Shown in pieces: positions 47,921-57,786 of a DNA stretch of 64,000 nt; position 1 is the first letter of the stretch, and each line of letters opens with the position of its first letter. The notes beneath the pieces were generated by a model. The model worked only from the letters and a program-made list of their open reading frames with translations. It ran no database searches and had not been told where the DNA came from. This DNA comes from a virus. Taxonomy: Duplodnaviria; Caudoviricetes. A program made the translations under genes and the position numbers. The stretch spans positions 128,001-192,000 of IMG/VR virus record IMGVR_UViG_3300036762_000065. One strand, written 5' to 3'.

Positions 47921-49422
47921 TATACATACACCTCCTGAATTAGGATAGAATTGGACTTACTGATTGCTCCACCCCATCCGCCTTGTGTTGTACGCGCACA
48001 TATCCAATAATCATTATTAGGACCTGAGAACGATCCGCATCTAATGGAATAGGTATGTGACGCTGTGTCTCCTGGAGCGTCCAAAATATCTGCTACCAAT
48101 GACGCATTCTTTATTGGATCGGAGCTCTCTCTTGAACTATATATAGAGCCGCCTATTAGTAAACTATCTCTAAACACTGCGTAACCAAAGCCGGATTGCT
48201 TTTTCTCGTAAGAAGCCATGTGTAAGGTAATTTGCAATCTCAGCTTACTATCGGCTTTTTCTAGTGCAATATTTTTAGAGTAGACTTCTGTACCGTTTGA
48301 TATTGTAGGAGGTGTATCATCAGGTAAATAAGAAGTTCCCCAACGTTCTGCAATATTCTCAATACTAAAATTAGATGTACTAAGGCCCTCTTTACCACCA
48401 CTAGACTCTTTGTTTTTCCAAACACCAGACTCTAGTGTAAGTACATCGCCTTCTTGGGAGTTTGTCAGTGTTACATCAGACAAACCGTTTAACGTAGTTA
48501 TACCGCTACTTGGTCCAGTAGGTCCTATGTCACCTTTCGGTCCTTGAGGACCTGTTGGGCCTGTAATAGATGTACCGTCGTTGCCTTGTGGACCTGTAGG
48601 CCCGATAGCTCCAGTAGGTCCGGGTAATCCCACAGGCCCTATAATACCTTTAGTAACAAACCACGCACTGACTTGTGCTCCTGAAGCACCACCTCCGCTA
48701 CTGACAGTACGGAAATTTAATAAGCTCCCTGCACTAACAACAAGCTTGTTTATATCGTCTTGCGGAAAAGTCTGAATACCGTTACCGGAAGAAGCAACAA
48801 CAGACTTAGAAACAGGAGAAGTGTTTATAAGTAACTCTACTTCGGGGTTTCCGAAGTTAGTGCTTAAGGTCATTGCGTATAAGACACAATCTATAGGAAC
48901 GTATATACCTTGTGCGGCAGGAGCCTTGTCAGATGCACCAAACGACCACTGCATTGCGTTAGCGGAAAGAGCACCTGAACACTCAGCAACAACATTAAAG
49001 AAGCCTCCGCCTCCGGCATCTGCGAAAGTGATGTTTCCTACACCATCGGTTATCATAACCTGTCCACTTTGTCCATCACTAGGAGGCAAAGTAAGTCCTT
49101 GTATCTTGACAGTACCTGTTTCTTTGTTTGTTTCTAATATGGTAGTGCCTTCTGCATTCTTCGCTATAACATTATTCGTAACGACACTAGAAGCTCTTAA
49201 AAATCTACCGCTTAAAAAATCTACTGCATCTGTGCTACTTAAATCAGCCGTACCATCATTTAAAACAATTGAACCTGAATTTAGAGCAGTTATTAAGTCT
49301 GCGCTGCGAGCCAGTAACGATAGAGGTAGATGGTCAAACGATTCCGTTGTATTAGCAGGAATAGAATCTCCAAAAGAAAATTCGAGTTTGGTTTCTGTTA
49401 TATTTTTTAGATTAATAGACAT
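47920..49422 (-). CDS. Tail fibre protein with collagen segment
   Basis: DG..GQV..TDG.G, Gly-X-Y run, L..LSDV motifs; TAATG-coupled start at 49422. Confidence 0.8.
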   Translation of the reverse strand: MSINLKNITETKLEFSFGDSIPANTTESFDHLPLSLLARSADLITALNSGSIVLNDGTADLSSTDAVDFLSGRFLRASSVVTNNVIAKNAEGTTILETNKETGTVKIQGLTLPPSDGQSGQVMITDGVGNITFADAGGGGFFNVVAECSGALSANAMQWSFGASDKAPAAQGIYVPIDCVLYAMTLSTNFGNPEVELLINTSPVSKSVVASSGNGIQTFPQDDINKLVVSAGSLLNFRTVSSGGGASGAQVSAWFVTKGIIGPVGLPGPTGAIGPTGPQGNDGTSITGPTGPQGPKGDIGPTGPSSGITTLNGLSDVTLTNSQEGDVLTLESGVWKNKESSGGKEGLSTSNFSIENIAERWGTSYLPDDTPPTISNGTEVYSKNIALEKADSKLRLQITLHMASYEKKQSGFGYAVFRDSLLIGGSIYSSRESSDPIKNASLVADILDAPGDTASHTYSIRCGSFSGPNNDYWICARTTQGGWGGAISKSNSILIQEVYV

Positions 49423-50054
49423 TACGCTCTCCACCTAACCATCAAACAAACAGTAACTTCTGCCATATTAGAATTACCTATAGTGCGGCGGCCGCGTGTT
49501 TGTAGTAAGTCACCTTCATTAAAATCTAAATCTAAGTTAACATTATATACTTGTACAGGATTGTTAGAGCCTACTGCAACCATAGATACGAGATTTTGAT
49601 GCTGTACATTGTCTATATAACAATCTACTTCTATTGTTGTAGCATCGCCTCCATTCTGTGCTTGTGCTGTTATACCTACAATTGTTCCGCCATACGGAGC
49701 AATGTATCCTGCTGCTGCCCCTACGTTAGAGCCTACTCCAAACCAAGTATCGCTTTTTGCTTGTATATGATTGTAAGTGTACGGAAATACAGTACCGCTG
49801 AGTGTTTTTCCGCGAGTAGGGTCTTCATACATAGGCATTGTTTGGCTTGAACCGCCTACATTAACCAGAGAGGCTACGCCTACAGACTGCCACTCAGTAT
49901 TTATAAATAAGTACAGACCGTCTTCAATAGTCGCGTGACCTTTAAGTACAAACAACTCTCCTTCTTGAGGAATAGGAAACACGCTGCCCATAGGGCAACC
50001 TAGGTTTTCTATACTACTGCCATCAACTAGAGTAAGCTTGCCGTTAACTTTCAT
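49422..50054 (-). CDS. Fibre-associated structural protein
   Basis: N-terminus similar to 9528..10097. Confidence 0.65.
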   Translation of the reverse strand: MKVNGKLTLVDGSSIENLGCPMGSVFPIPQEGELFVLKGHATIEDGLYLFINTEWQSVGVASLVNVGGSSQTMPMYEDPTRGKTLSGTVFPYTYNHIQAKSDTWFGVGSNVGAAAGYIAPYGGTIVGITAQAQNGGDATTIEVDCYIDNVQHQNLVSMVAVGSNNPVQVYNVNLDLDFNEGDLLQTRGRRTIGNSNMAEVTVCLMVRWRA

Positions 50055-50335
50055 TTCCTCACTCTCCTTATCCGCGAACGCTTAGGTGCAGGCTCGCGTT
50101 CCATACGTCCTAGCCAGTTTGTTTTAGTAACTTTTATATCTACTTCATCAGGGTCGATTGTAGAACGTTCTGGAACTTTCTCCCTACGTCTGAGTTTCTT
50201 ACGGCCTTTCTTACGCTGTCTAAACTGTTCTGTAGTTTCTGTATAGGCACCATCCTCATCCGCGTACCTAGGCAATCTAGCACCGGCGTGTTTGTCTATA
50301 TGGGACCTAGATACACTAATAAGAATCTTTATCAC
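50051..50335 (-). CDS. Small Arg/Lys-rich protein with tag MIKILISVS
   Basis: GTG start with GAGG; shared tag. Confidence 0.7.
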   Translation of the reverse strand: MIKILISVSRSHIDKHAGARLPRYADEDGAYTETTEQFRQRKKGRKKLRRREKVPERSTIDPDEVDIKVTKTNWLGRMEREPAPKRSRIRRVRK

Positions 50336-50344
50336 AGTAAGCCT

Positions 50345-53125
50345 CTACTTAGACTGAACAAGATATGTTTTATTGCCTAAAGAACTAAAATCAGTTCTAT
50401 ATACATACCAGTCTTGGGTAATGTTGTCTACTGTCATGCTTATAGTAACAGGCCCTATTTCTTGCCCGATGTTACCGTCGTTTGGCCATGAAGCACCGTC
50501 CCAAGCACCTTCGTAGTAATTACTCTTATCCGTAAACTTGACTTGGCCTTGAGCAACAGGTATAGCAAAGTATGCGTAATTACCAGCAGTAATTGTTACA
50601 CCTAGGCTAATTCCATTAACAGGCATGAGCGTAGTGTTGGTAAGTACTGTAAGTGCTTGAGTTCCGTCAAATCCTGTAACTAGATTACCAACACCGTGCC
50701 TAACATTTTGTATTTTATTAACTACTTTTACTTCGATGTTTAAATTTTCGGTACTAACCAAGTCAACAAAACTACCCAGAGCCAGTATTGTAAGTCCGTC
50801 AGAAGTAATATCACAATATCTTGCAAAACTGTCTTGTAATGCAGGTGCGCTTGATGGAGTTTTTATAGAGCTTGCTACTTGCCACACGTTATTTATTTTC
50901 TTTATAACGTACACATCACCATCACCATCATCACCTCTAATAGAAGAAGTTACAATAGTATTATCCTGCGATATACTTAAACTAAATCTAAAACCAAATC
51001 GAGCTCCTGCGAAAGGATCTGGATTATCTATCTCCGCAGCATTATTCCAAAATGTATGATCGTTAGTTGTGTATATAAATATAGAACCGCAATTTACAAA
51101 ACTTCCTACCTGTTTTCCAGATGCCCCTACACACAATAACTTACCATCGTAGTTTAGTCCTGTGGAATAACCAAACTTATCTATAAATTGCACAGGAGTA
51201 ATAGTTGCAGTTCGAAGCCAAGAGCTAATTTTCTTATATATACGAACTCTCTGGTCTGACAGGTTAGAACTAACTGCAATTACCTTACCGTCACCGGACA
51301 TAGATACAGAATACCCGACATTCGCATTAAGTATAGGAGCTTCTGACGCCTCTAAAAGACCTGTATTAATCCAAGAGCCTGAAAATTCAAACACATAAGC
51401 AGCACCTGAGTTTGAAACCTCGTCCTTATCTTTATACACAGCACCGGACACGAATGAGTTACCTGAGGCTGAGCAGGCTACGCTATAGCCTAGTCTATCT
51501 GCTCCTGCGGTGTTAGCCACTCCTACCTTTGTCATAGTGTAGTTTTCTGCAGCCAAGTCTATAACATACACAACGCCGCTGGCGGCTCCATTACCGTCTA
51601 AGTTATCTCCGTGAGCGCCTACAAAGATTCTCGATCCGTTTGCGTTTATAGCAACAGAAGCTCCGAATCTAGGGTTAGTTCCAGAAACGGTTGGAGCGAA
51701 CTGTATTAAATGCTTCTCTTTAAAGAATCCGTTTTCTTTTACAAAAATATATAACGCTCCGGAATGTCCGGTATCAGGTACTTGAGAAGCCGGAGCACAT
51801 ACGGCTATAGTATTTCCGTCATCTGATATACAACCTAACTCACCAAATGTAGAATCTTGTGTAAGTATAGAAGGTACCAACATTGTACTTTGAATCCACT
51901 CTAGGGTTTCCGCACTATAATTGAATACAAACCCGGCACCTACATTTGATACATTAGGGACAGACACATTACGTACAACAATGTAAGCATCGTCTTTCAA
52001 GTTTTCAGGACCAGTTGTTAGTTTATTAAGAACGAGTCCATTGCCTATTTCGTCTTGACCGCCAGGTCCGTTGTTTGCGCTAATAGGACCGTATACAGAA
52101 ACATTATCTTGATAAATCTCATACTCTACATTCTGGTGACCGTCAGCAATAACACGGAATTCATGTTCTCTATTGTCAGACAAATCAAACTTGAAAGCAG
52201 CAAATTTACTTTCAGACAACGTAAAATCAAGAGGAGTATTAATAACTATGTCTGTCGGACTTGCCAGTGCAGTCAATGCATCGTCTTGGCCTGTTACTAA
52301 TGCCGAGAAAGCTTCTGTAACAACGTTGACACTAAAATCGGTTATTGTACTTGCAGAAGCCTCTGTATCGTTAACGAGTAGGTAGTGGAAATTATCTCTT
52401 GAAGCGTGTCGGAAGTTTATCTCATCTGTTCCATTCGGCCCATTGTTTGAATCTATAATACCAGTTACAGGTAATAAACTACTACCGTATAGACGTAATG
52501 TAACTGCGCCTGTTCCTATAGCATTATGTATGTGATCCCTACCGCTTTTAGGCATATATTTAAACGCAAGATACTGCTGGCCCTGCATCTTAGCAACATA
52601 CGCAGGGCCGTCTGGTACTATAGTAATAGCATTGGCAATCGCTGTAGTTATGTCAGCATAGCCGATGCCCGGGTCAGGGTCTGCTTCTTGTCTTAGGCTT
52701 ACAGGAGTACCGTCAAAGTTTATACGATAGGTCTTTGTACCGAGCGAACTAAAATCAGTTCTATATACATACCAATCGCGAGTATCTCCGTCAAACGTTA
52801 ATGATACTGTAATAGGACCTGTTGTCTGTGCTGTAGTACCATTTGTTGGCCATGTAGCACCGTCCCAACCGCCTTGAAGGCCAGTACTCGTGTCAGTGAA
52901 GCTGATAGCTCCGTTCTCAACAGGAGTAGCAAAATACATATAACTAGAATTGTCATCGTTTATAGTAAACGTAGAGCCTGACACACTCTTTGTCATTGTA
53001 TTGGCAAGTAGGTTTATATAGTCGTTATTGTTAGGACTTCCTGGTAATATACCAGCTCCGAACCTAGGGTAAGGAATAGCAGGAATAGGTGCTCTTTTAT
53101 AAACCGGTGTTAGAAAAATAGTCAT
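50345..53125 (-). CDS. Virion protein with FG-GAP-like beta-propeller flanked by two GGWDGA domains
   Basis: About seven FG.SV.....G....VGA...G..Y.F repeats. Confidence 0.8.
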   Translation of the reverse strand: MTIFLTPVYKRAPIPAIPYPRFGAGILPGSPNNNDYINLLANTMTKSVSGSTFTINDDNSSYMYFATPVENGAISFTDTSTGLQGGWDGATWPTNGTTAQTTGPITVSLTFDGDTRDWYVYRTDFSSLGTKTYRINFDGTPVSLRQEADPDPGIGYADITTAIANAITIVPDGPAYVAKMQGQQYLAFKYMPKSGRDHIHNAIGTGAVTLRLYGSSLLPVTGIIDSNNGPNGTDEINFRHASRDNFHYLLVNDTEASASTITDFSVNVVTEAFSALVTGQDDALTALASPTDIVINTPLDFTLSESKFAAFKFDLSDNREHEFRVIADGHQNVEYEIYQDNVSVYGPISANNGPGGQDEIGNGLVLNKLTTGPENLKDDAYIVVRNVSVPNVSNVGAGFVFNYSAETLEWIQSTMLVPSILTQDSTFGELGCISDDGNTIAVCAPASQVPDTGHSGALYIFVKENGFFKEKHLIQFAPTVSGTNPRFGASVAINANGSRIFVGAHGDNLDGNGAASGVVYVIDLAAENYTMTKVGVANTAGADRLGYSVACSASGNSFVSGAVYKDKDEVSNSGAAYVFEFSGSWINTGLLEASEAPILNANVGYSVSMSGDGKVIAVSSNLSDQRVRIYKKISSWLRTATITPVQFIDKFGYSTGLNYDGKLLCVGASGKQVGSFVNCGSIFIYTTNDHTFWNNAAEIDNPDPFAGARFGFRFSLSISQDNTIVTSSIRGDDGDGDVYVIKKINNVWQVASSIKTPSSAPALQDSFARYCDITSDGLTILALGSFVDLVSTENLNIEVKVVNKIQNVRHGVGNLVTGFDGTQALTVLTNTTLMPVNGISLGVTITAGNYAYFAIPVAQGQVKFTDKSNYYEGAWDGASWPNDGNIGQEIGPVTISMTVDNITQDWYVYRTDFSSLGNKTYLVQSK

Positions 53126-53134
53126 TGCTCTTCC

Positions 53135-53317
53135 TCATGCGTTAGGAGACTTGTTGTTAGTGGTATCTGTGTCCATCTCAACACCTTCCTCTTCATCGTC
53201 ATCCACAACATCGTCTTTCGGTTTCTTAGTGCGGTTAAACTCTATAACTCCTAGTTGATCAAACTTTAAATCGGTTTCGTGCTTTGTGCTCGCTATAGCT
53301 ATTTGTATGGGTATCAT
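53135..53317 (-). CDS. Small acidic protein with tag MIPIQIAIA
   Basis: First 9 aa identical to 26245..26778; AGGAG RBS. Confidence 0.7.
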   Translation of the reverse strand: MIPIQIAIASTKHETDLKFDQLGVIEFNRTKKPKDDVVDDDEEEGVEMDTDTTNNKSPNA

Positions 53318-53320
53318 AAA

Positions 53321-55048
53321 CTATCTCCTTACGTTCTTAGCTATTTTAATTGCATTTAAAAATTTAGCATCTAGCCTAGCACCTATTTTATTAGCAAAGT
53401 TCTCTACTAGAAAAGGATCAATGTAATTCTGAATAGCGGTTGTAGGTGTGATATTACCGTTAGACGTATGGCCTAACTGACCTCCAACCTTCTTAGCTTG
53501 TTCGATCAACCAGTCGTTAACTTGCTTATCGTTCCATTCACCGCCTTTTGTATACGGGCAATTTTTTATTGCTTCGACAAACATACCTGTAGCTTTTGCA
53601 GTTCTCAAGTTCTTTGTCTTGATGTTTGCAGGGAATCCTTTGCTTGTCATGTATTTTTTCAGGGCTGCGCTAGTTAAAGGAGCTCCTAGATAATCAAACA
53701 GTATGTCTTCTTTGCCTTTACCTTCTACAAGTGTACGTATAGCATTACCAAACTTCTTATTTCTAATAGTATTAAACTTAATAGTGTAGTCGGTATTTTC
53801 AGTAGACTTACCTCCGGTGTAGCGTATATGCACAGAATGGTCATCTAGTTTTATAACATGCTTGACCCTAAGTGAGGTTGCGCCGAACGTAGCACTACCC
53901 TTTGTAGCTTGCCCTTCTGCTCCCGGACGTGCTCCTGTCTGATACACAAACTCTAGTAATGTAGCCAATACGTTATCTTTAGTGTACGCTTTAGGTAACT
54001 TGCCTACATCAACTATCCACTTGTTAGACAGTGCTTTTAGTTTAGGCAGTATATTATTGACTGTTTTAAAATTCTTCTGTTTGTTGGCAGAGACTCGCTT
54101 GGTAGAGTATGCGCGTAAAAATACCTTACCTCCTATTGCTTTAAAACTACATACATAAGCATTATCTTTCTTAGGGTCATATGAAGGATTCATTACGACC
54201 TCGCCTGTAGGAGCTTGCTTTAACTCAAGTCCTGCAGTTGTATAAAACTTACCTTGATCGTCAATATTTCCTACAAAACCTAAAGGTAATGTGTGCGGAA
54301 TAGAGTGCTCTTTAGCTGCACGTACAACCTCGTGAATAGGAAGATATGGCTTGCCGCTTTGACGTATAAAGCTTTCAAGAAATGTTTTAAAGTTTGCACG
54401 TAACTCTCGGTTAAGCTTCAAATACTCAACATGCTCTGGTAACTTGACGCCTTTCTTCTTTGCAATTTCCTGCCACTCACTCAGTTTATTAGCAGGCATT
54501 TGAATGCCGCCTACTTTACCGTGCTTTAACACAAGTGCTTCTACAGATTTCTGTATGTTGGAAACGTCTGGGATTTCCTCAATAAACATGTCTGTAATAT
54601 CAGGCTCTCTAAACATAGAAGAGACTGTTCTCTTTATGTAGTTTAAAGCACTGGCGGATTGTCTTTGGCTATAAAGTCTAATGTTGTGGAACATTTTCAA
54701 TTGTTGCTCATCAACATCCAATTCCGATTTCAGCAATACTTTATTTGTATTAAACGACTCTATTAAACTAGATACCGCATTATCAAACGCCTTATTGTTT
54801 TCGTTTGTGTTTGCTAGAATATGCTTAACTGCAATAGTTGCTTCCTTTTTCCCAAACTTAAAGCGTTTAAAAAATTCTTCACTGTCTGCTAACCACGTGC
54901 TCGCCTTACGTTTGGTATCAGCATCATAGTCATATTCATAACTCATGACCAGTAGTATGGCTAATTTAAGGAAAGCATCCGTTGTACCTTGAGACACCGC
55001 ACTTAGCGAAGTCCAATCTATATTTTCTAATTTACGTACTGTTATCAT
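53321..55048 (-). CDS. Type IB DNA topoisomerase-like protein with long N-terminal extension
   Basis: TGARPG (R), TFGATSLRVKHV, GGK (K), KNLRT (R), LGH (H), IQNYIDP (catalytic Y). Confidence 0.8.
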   Translation of the reverse strand: MITVRKLENIDWTSLSAVSQGTTDAFLKLAILLVMSYEYDYDADTKRKASTWLADSEEFFKRFKFGKKEATIAVKHILANTNENNKAFDNAVSSLIESFNTNKVLLKSELDVDEQQLKMFHNIRLYSQRQSASALNYIKRTVSSMFREPDITDMFIEEIPDVSNIQKSVEALVLKHGKVGGIQMPANKLSEWQEIAKKKGVKLPEHVEYLKLNRELRANFKTFLESFIRQSGKPYLPIHEVVRAAKEHSIPHTLPLGFVGNIDDQGKFYTTAGLELKQAPTGEVVMNPSYDPKKDNAYVCSFKAIGGKVFLRAYSTKRVSANKQKNFKTVNNILPKLKALSNKWIVDVGKLPKAYTKDNVLATLLEFVYQTGARPGAEGQATKGSATFGATSLRVKHVIKLDDHSVHIRYTGGKSTENTDYTIKFNTIRNKKFGNAIRTLVEGKGKEDILFDYLGAPLTSAALKKYMTSKGFPANIKTKNLRTAKATGMFVEAIKNCPYTKGGEWNDKQVNDWLIEQAKKVGGQLGHTSNGNITPTTAIQNYIDPFLVENFANKIGARLDAKFLNAIKIAKNVRR

Positions 55049-55061
55049 GGTAGCATCCTAT

Positions 55062-55925
55062 TTAAAAAGAACTAACTGGAGTGTCTTTCCATTTTTCTGA
55101 AATGAACTCAAACATGCCGGCAGAATCTAGTTTATTTTTACGCATATACTCTACTAAGCTAGATACGGTCTTGTCAGGCATTGCTTTACTGTTGTGTATC
55201 ATATTATTTAGTTGGATAATGAAGTCGTCTTTTCTAAAAGGACGAGAACGTCTTAGCCAATTTAACCCGTCTCTGGTCAACCTATCTACATTTAGGCTGT
55301 CGTTGTAAATAAGTTCAAGCAAGCCTTTACCTGCTTTCATGGCATGCCTGTAGAAATAACGCTCGCGCTCACTACCTTCTAAATTAACTTCTTTTAAACT
55401 AAGCGAATTACGTTTATCGAGTAGTTGTGCCGACTTATTGTCTCTATACAAGTAAATAGGTATATCCAACTTCTTTGCTAACATAACAAATTTTCTTGTC
55501 ATACTGTTAGCACGCACATTAGGCTTTTCGTCTAATAAAAGATGGATTTCTTTTATATATTGTTTAGCATTAGGGATTTCAGGCTTGTTACTAAGTAGTC
55601 TGTCTTCCATCTCGTAAGCGCCTTTCTTGTGCTTACGGAAATCTTCGCCCCAGTAATCAACAGCTACTATTTTGTACTTATGCCCCAACTTATAGCCGTC
55701 TAACACTAACTGTACACTATTCGCAGACATCTTATTGTAGTTGCCGTGTACACTACGGGCAGTGGAGAAATAATACATGTAGCCCTTATTCAACACAGAA
55801 TCCGACTGAGTGCCTCCTACAGAACTTAATCGCAGCTTATTTGATGCGAGCATAAGATTGGCATTATACATACTTGTGTAGTGGAAAAGTAAATCTGTAC
55901 CGCTAATAGATATTTGTATTTTCAT
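55062..55925 (-). CDS. Protein with tag MKIQISIS; putative ADP-ribosyltransferase-like fold
   Basis: LFHYT...FSTARS...YEMEDR. Confidence 0.55.
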   Translation of the reverse strand: MKIQISISGTDLLFHYTSMYNANLMLASNKLRLSSVGGTQSDSVLNKGYMYYFSTARSVHGNYNKMSANSVQLVLDGYKLGHKYKIVAVDYWGEDFRKHKKGAYEMEDRLLSNKPEIPNAKQYIKEIHLLLDEKPNVRANSMTRKFVMLAKKLDIPIYLYRDNKSAQLLDKRNSLSLKEVNLEGSERERYFYRHAMKAGKGLLELIYNDSLNVDRLTRDGLNWLRRSRPFRKDDFIIQLNNMIHNSKAMPDKTVSSLVEYMRKNKLDSAGMFEFISEKWKDTPVSSF

Positions 55926-57226
55926 AGCAAGTCCTTAATCTGCAAATAATCAAGTGCATAAGAATCTTCCAAGGTAGCAGCAATCGCGGACGCATCTACT
56001 TCTATACCTATTGTGTTTAAGCGCCTAATGCGTATAGTTTTATTACTGCCAGATGCCTCAAGAACGAAACTATCTCCGTTAGTCAAAACAATATTTTTAT
56101 TACACGAAGCAAGTACGGTATCCTTATCGCTAACATATGTGTATATACAAGAACTTGTTGATAATTTTCCTGAGACAATACAAACAGGATAGTAATCAGG
56201 TACAGTAAGCACCATGTCTTGTTTAATTAGTTTATACTTTCGTCCATTCAACGTAATCCCTACAACATGCATTCGTATAGCGACGTAATGGGATGTAGGA
56301 TTAGTCATTGCTTTGAACTGGCCGAACACCTCAAGAGATTGACTGTCTCGTTGTGCTTGGGTTATGCCGAATGATTCCAAAAACGCTTCTGTACCAACAT
56401 CTAAATATACGTTCCTAGATAGCCGTATAGACATGTGTTGTTTTCGATCTGCATATGTTATGTAATCAGCACGTAATGATCTAAATGGGATATTTTCCTG
56501 CTCTAGGTAATCTGAACTAGGAGTGTACTGATCTGAAACAGAAGTGAACTCACTATTCGGAAGATGTTGTACGTTAGAAACAGACTCGGCGAACTCGGAA
56601 GCCATTTGAATTGTATCTTGTTCGTTTATAGCTCTCCATGTGCCTCTACCTAGTACTACAGGTTCTGTACGTTCACAATAGATTGTATCAACATTTTTCG
56701 AAGGGTCTGTATTTTCAGGAATAATGCTATACTTTATAGTGACTTCTGTTTTATCTTTATTTAAAACTATACTAAGGTCGCTATATTCACTGTAAGCAAC
56801 GTACAATGTGTCTAAATACTGTTCTACAGTTCTAGGTTTATAGTTACAGTCTCCTGGAACAACAGTATGCCCTATTTCAAAACCATACAGTGCTCTATGT
56901 GACCAACCGTACCACTTATTATCAATAACACTCTTACCTATAGAACATGTTTTTGAGTCAGGTGTTCGTAAAATAGGTCTGATACCTTTTTCTTCGCACA
57001 AGTACTTGGCATCATCTACATTGCCTATATAGTCGCCGTTAAGGTTTAAGGCATAAGTCATCTCAAACGCTTCCGTACCGAGTCCGTAAGAACCGGGTGG
57101 AAACACACAAGTCTCAACAGTATATCCGTGTTCTAAATTAGGTACAGTAGAAACAACAAAGGCGTCAGGGTAGACGCTACTTTTCTTTTTGATTTCTATA
57201 TTTATCTTTTCCATCATAAAACTCAT
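55922..57226 (-). CDS. Hypothetical phage protein
   Basis: Long ORF; CSIG......KWYGWSHRA..GF.IG block. Confidence 0.7.
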   Translation of the reverse strand: MSFMMEKINIEIKKKSSVYPDAFVVSTVPNLEHGYTVETCVFPPGSYGLGTEAFEMTYALNLNGDYIGNVDDAKYLCEEKGIRPILRTPDSKTCSIGKSVIDNKWYGWSHRALYGFEIGHTVVPGDCNYKPRTVEQYLDTLYVAYSEYSDLSIVLNKDKTEVTIKYSIIPENTDPSKNVDTIYCERTEPVVLGRGTWRAINEQDTIQMASEFAESVSNVQHLPNSEFTSVSDQYTPSSDYLEQENIPFRSLRADYITYADRKQHMSIRLSRNVYLDVGTEAFLESFGITQAQRDSQSLEVFGQFKAMTNPTSHYVAIRMHVVGITLNGRKYKLIKQDMVLTVPDYYPVCIVSGKLSTSSCIYTYVSDKDTVLASCNKNIVLTNGDSFVLEASGSNKTIRIRRLNTIGIEVDASAIAATLEDSYALDYLQIKDLL

Positions 57227-57264
57227 TCTGTCAACACGGATAGAATTGAAATGTTCTGTATTAA

Positions 57265-57735
57265 TTAGGCTGCCATCGGACTTAGTTCGAGTATGTAGCT
57301 CATCCTGTCAAACAAGTTCAAGTACCTTAAGTTCTTTCTGTCCTCCATAGGCACTTCAAAACCTACATAGTGTGTGTCCTGTACATTCCACACTGCCATA
57401 TCTGTAGGCTCGTAAACTCTATTGTTTTCTACACAGAACGAGTGCTCCTCTATTTTCCAAGGCTCTCCTGTTTTAGTTCGAGATATTACGTACCCGACAT
57501 ACAAAAGGGCTGCTGGGTGAGTTTCGCAGTATCGAATAGCATTCTGGTGAGGCGATGAAGGATTACCTGTAGCAACATGCTTACCTAGCTTTATCTCAGG
57601 TAATTTCCGCAAACGTTGTTGCAGATCGCGCCAAAAAGGACGAGCACTAACAACACTGTCTATAATAACAGATGGTAGGTGTGAATAATTAGTGGCTTGT
57701 GCTCTGGCCATACATATATCTATTGCGAACATCAT
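57265..57735 (-). CDS. Hypothetical protein, possible papain/transglutaminase-like fold
   Basis: HQNA...GY...W....HSF...EPT...YVG. Confidence 0.55.
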   Translation of the reverse strand: MMFAIDICMARAQATNYSHLPSVIIDSVVSARPFWRDLQQRLRKLPEIKLGKHVATGNPSSPHQNAIRYCETHPAALLYVGYVISRTKTGEPWKIEEHSFCVENNRVYEPTDMAVWNVQDTHYVGFEVPMEDRKNLRYLNLFDRMSYILELSPMAA

Positions 57736-57786
57736 ATTAATCCTTATTAGATTTATGTGTGTAAATTACAAATCTTATTAGATTGT

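Noticed and set aside
53321-55048. Tyrosine recombinase / integron integrase for the attC-like array
   Set aside because: Motifs (G..SLR.KH, K.LRT, GH...Y.DP) fit TopIB rather than the HxLRH recombinase pattern; no IntI features recognised.
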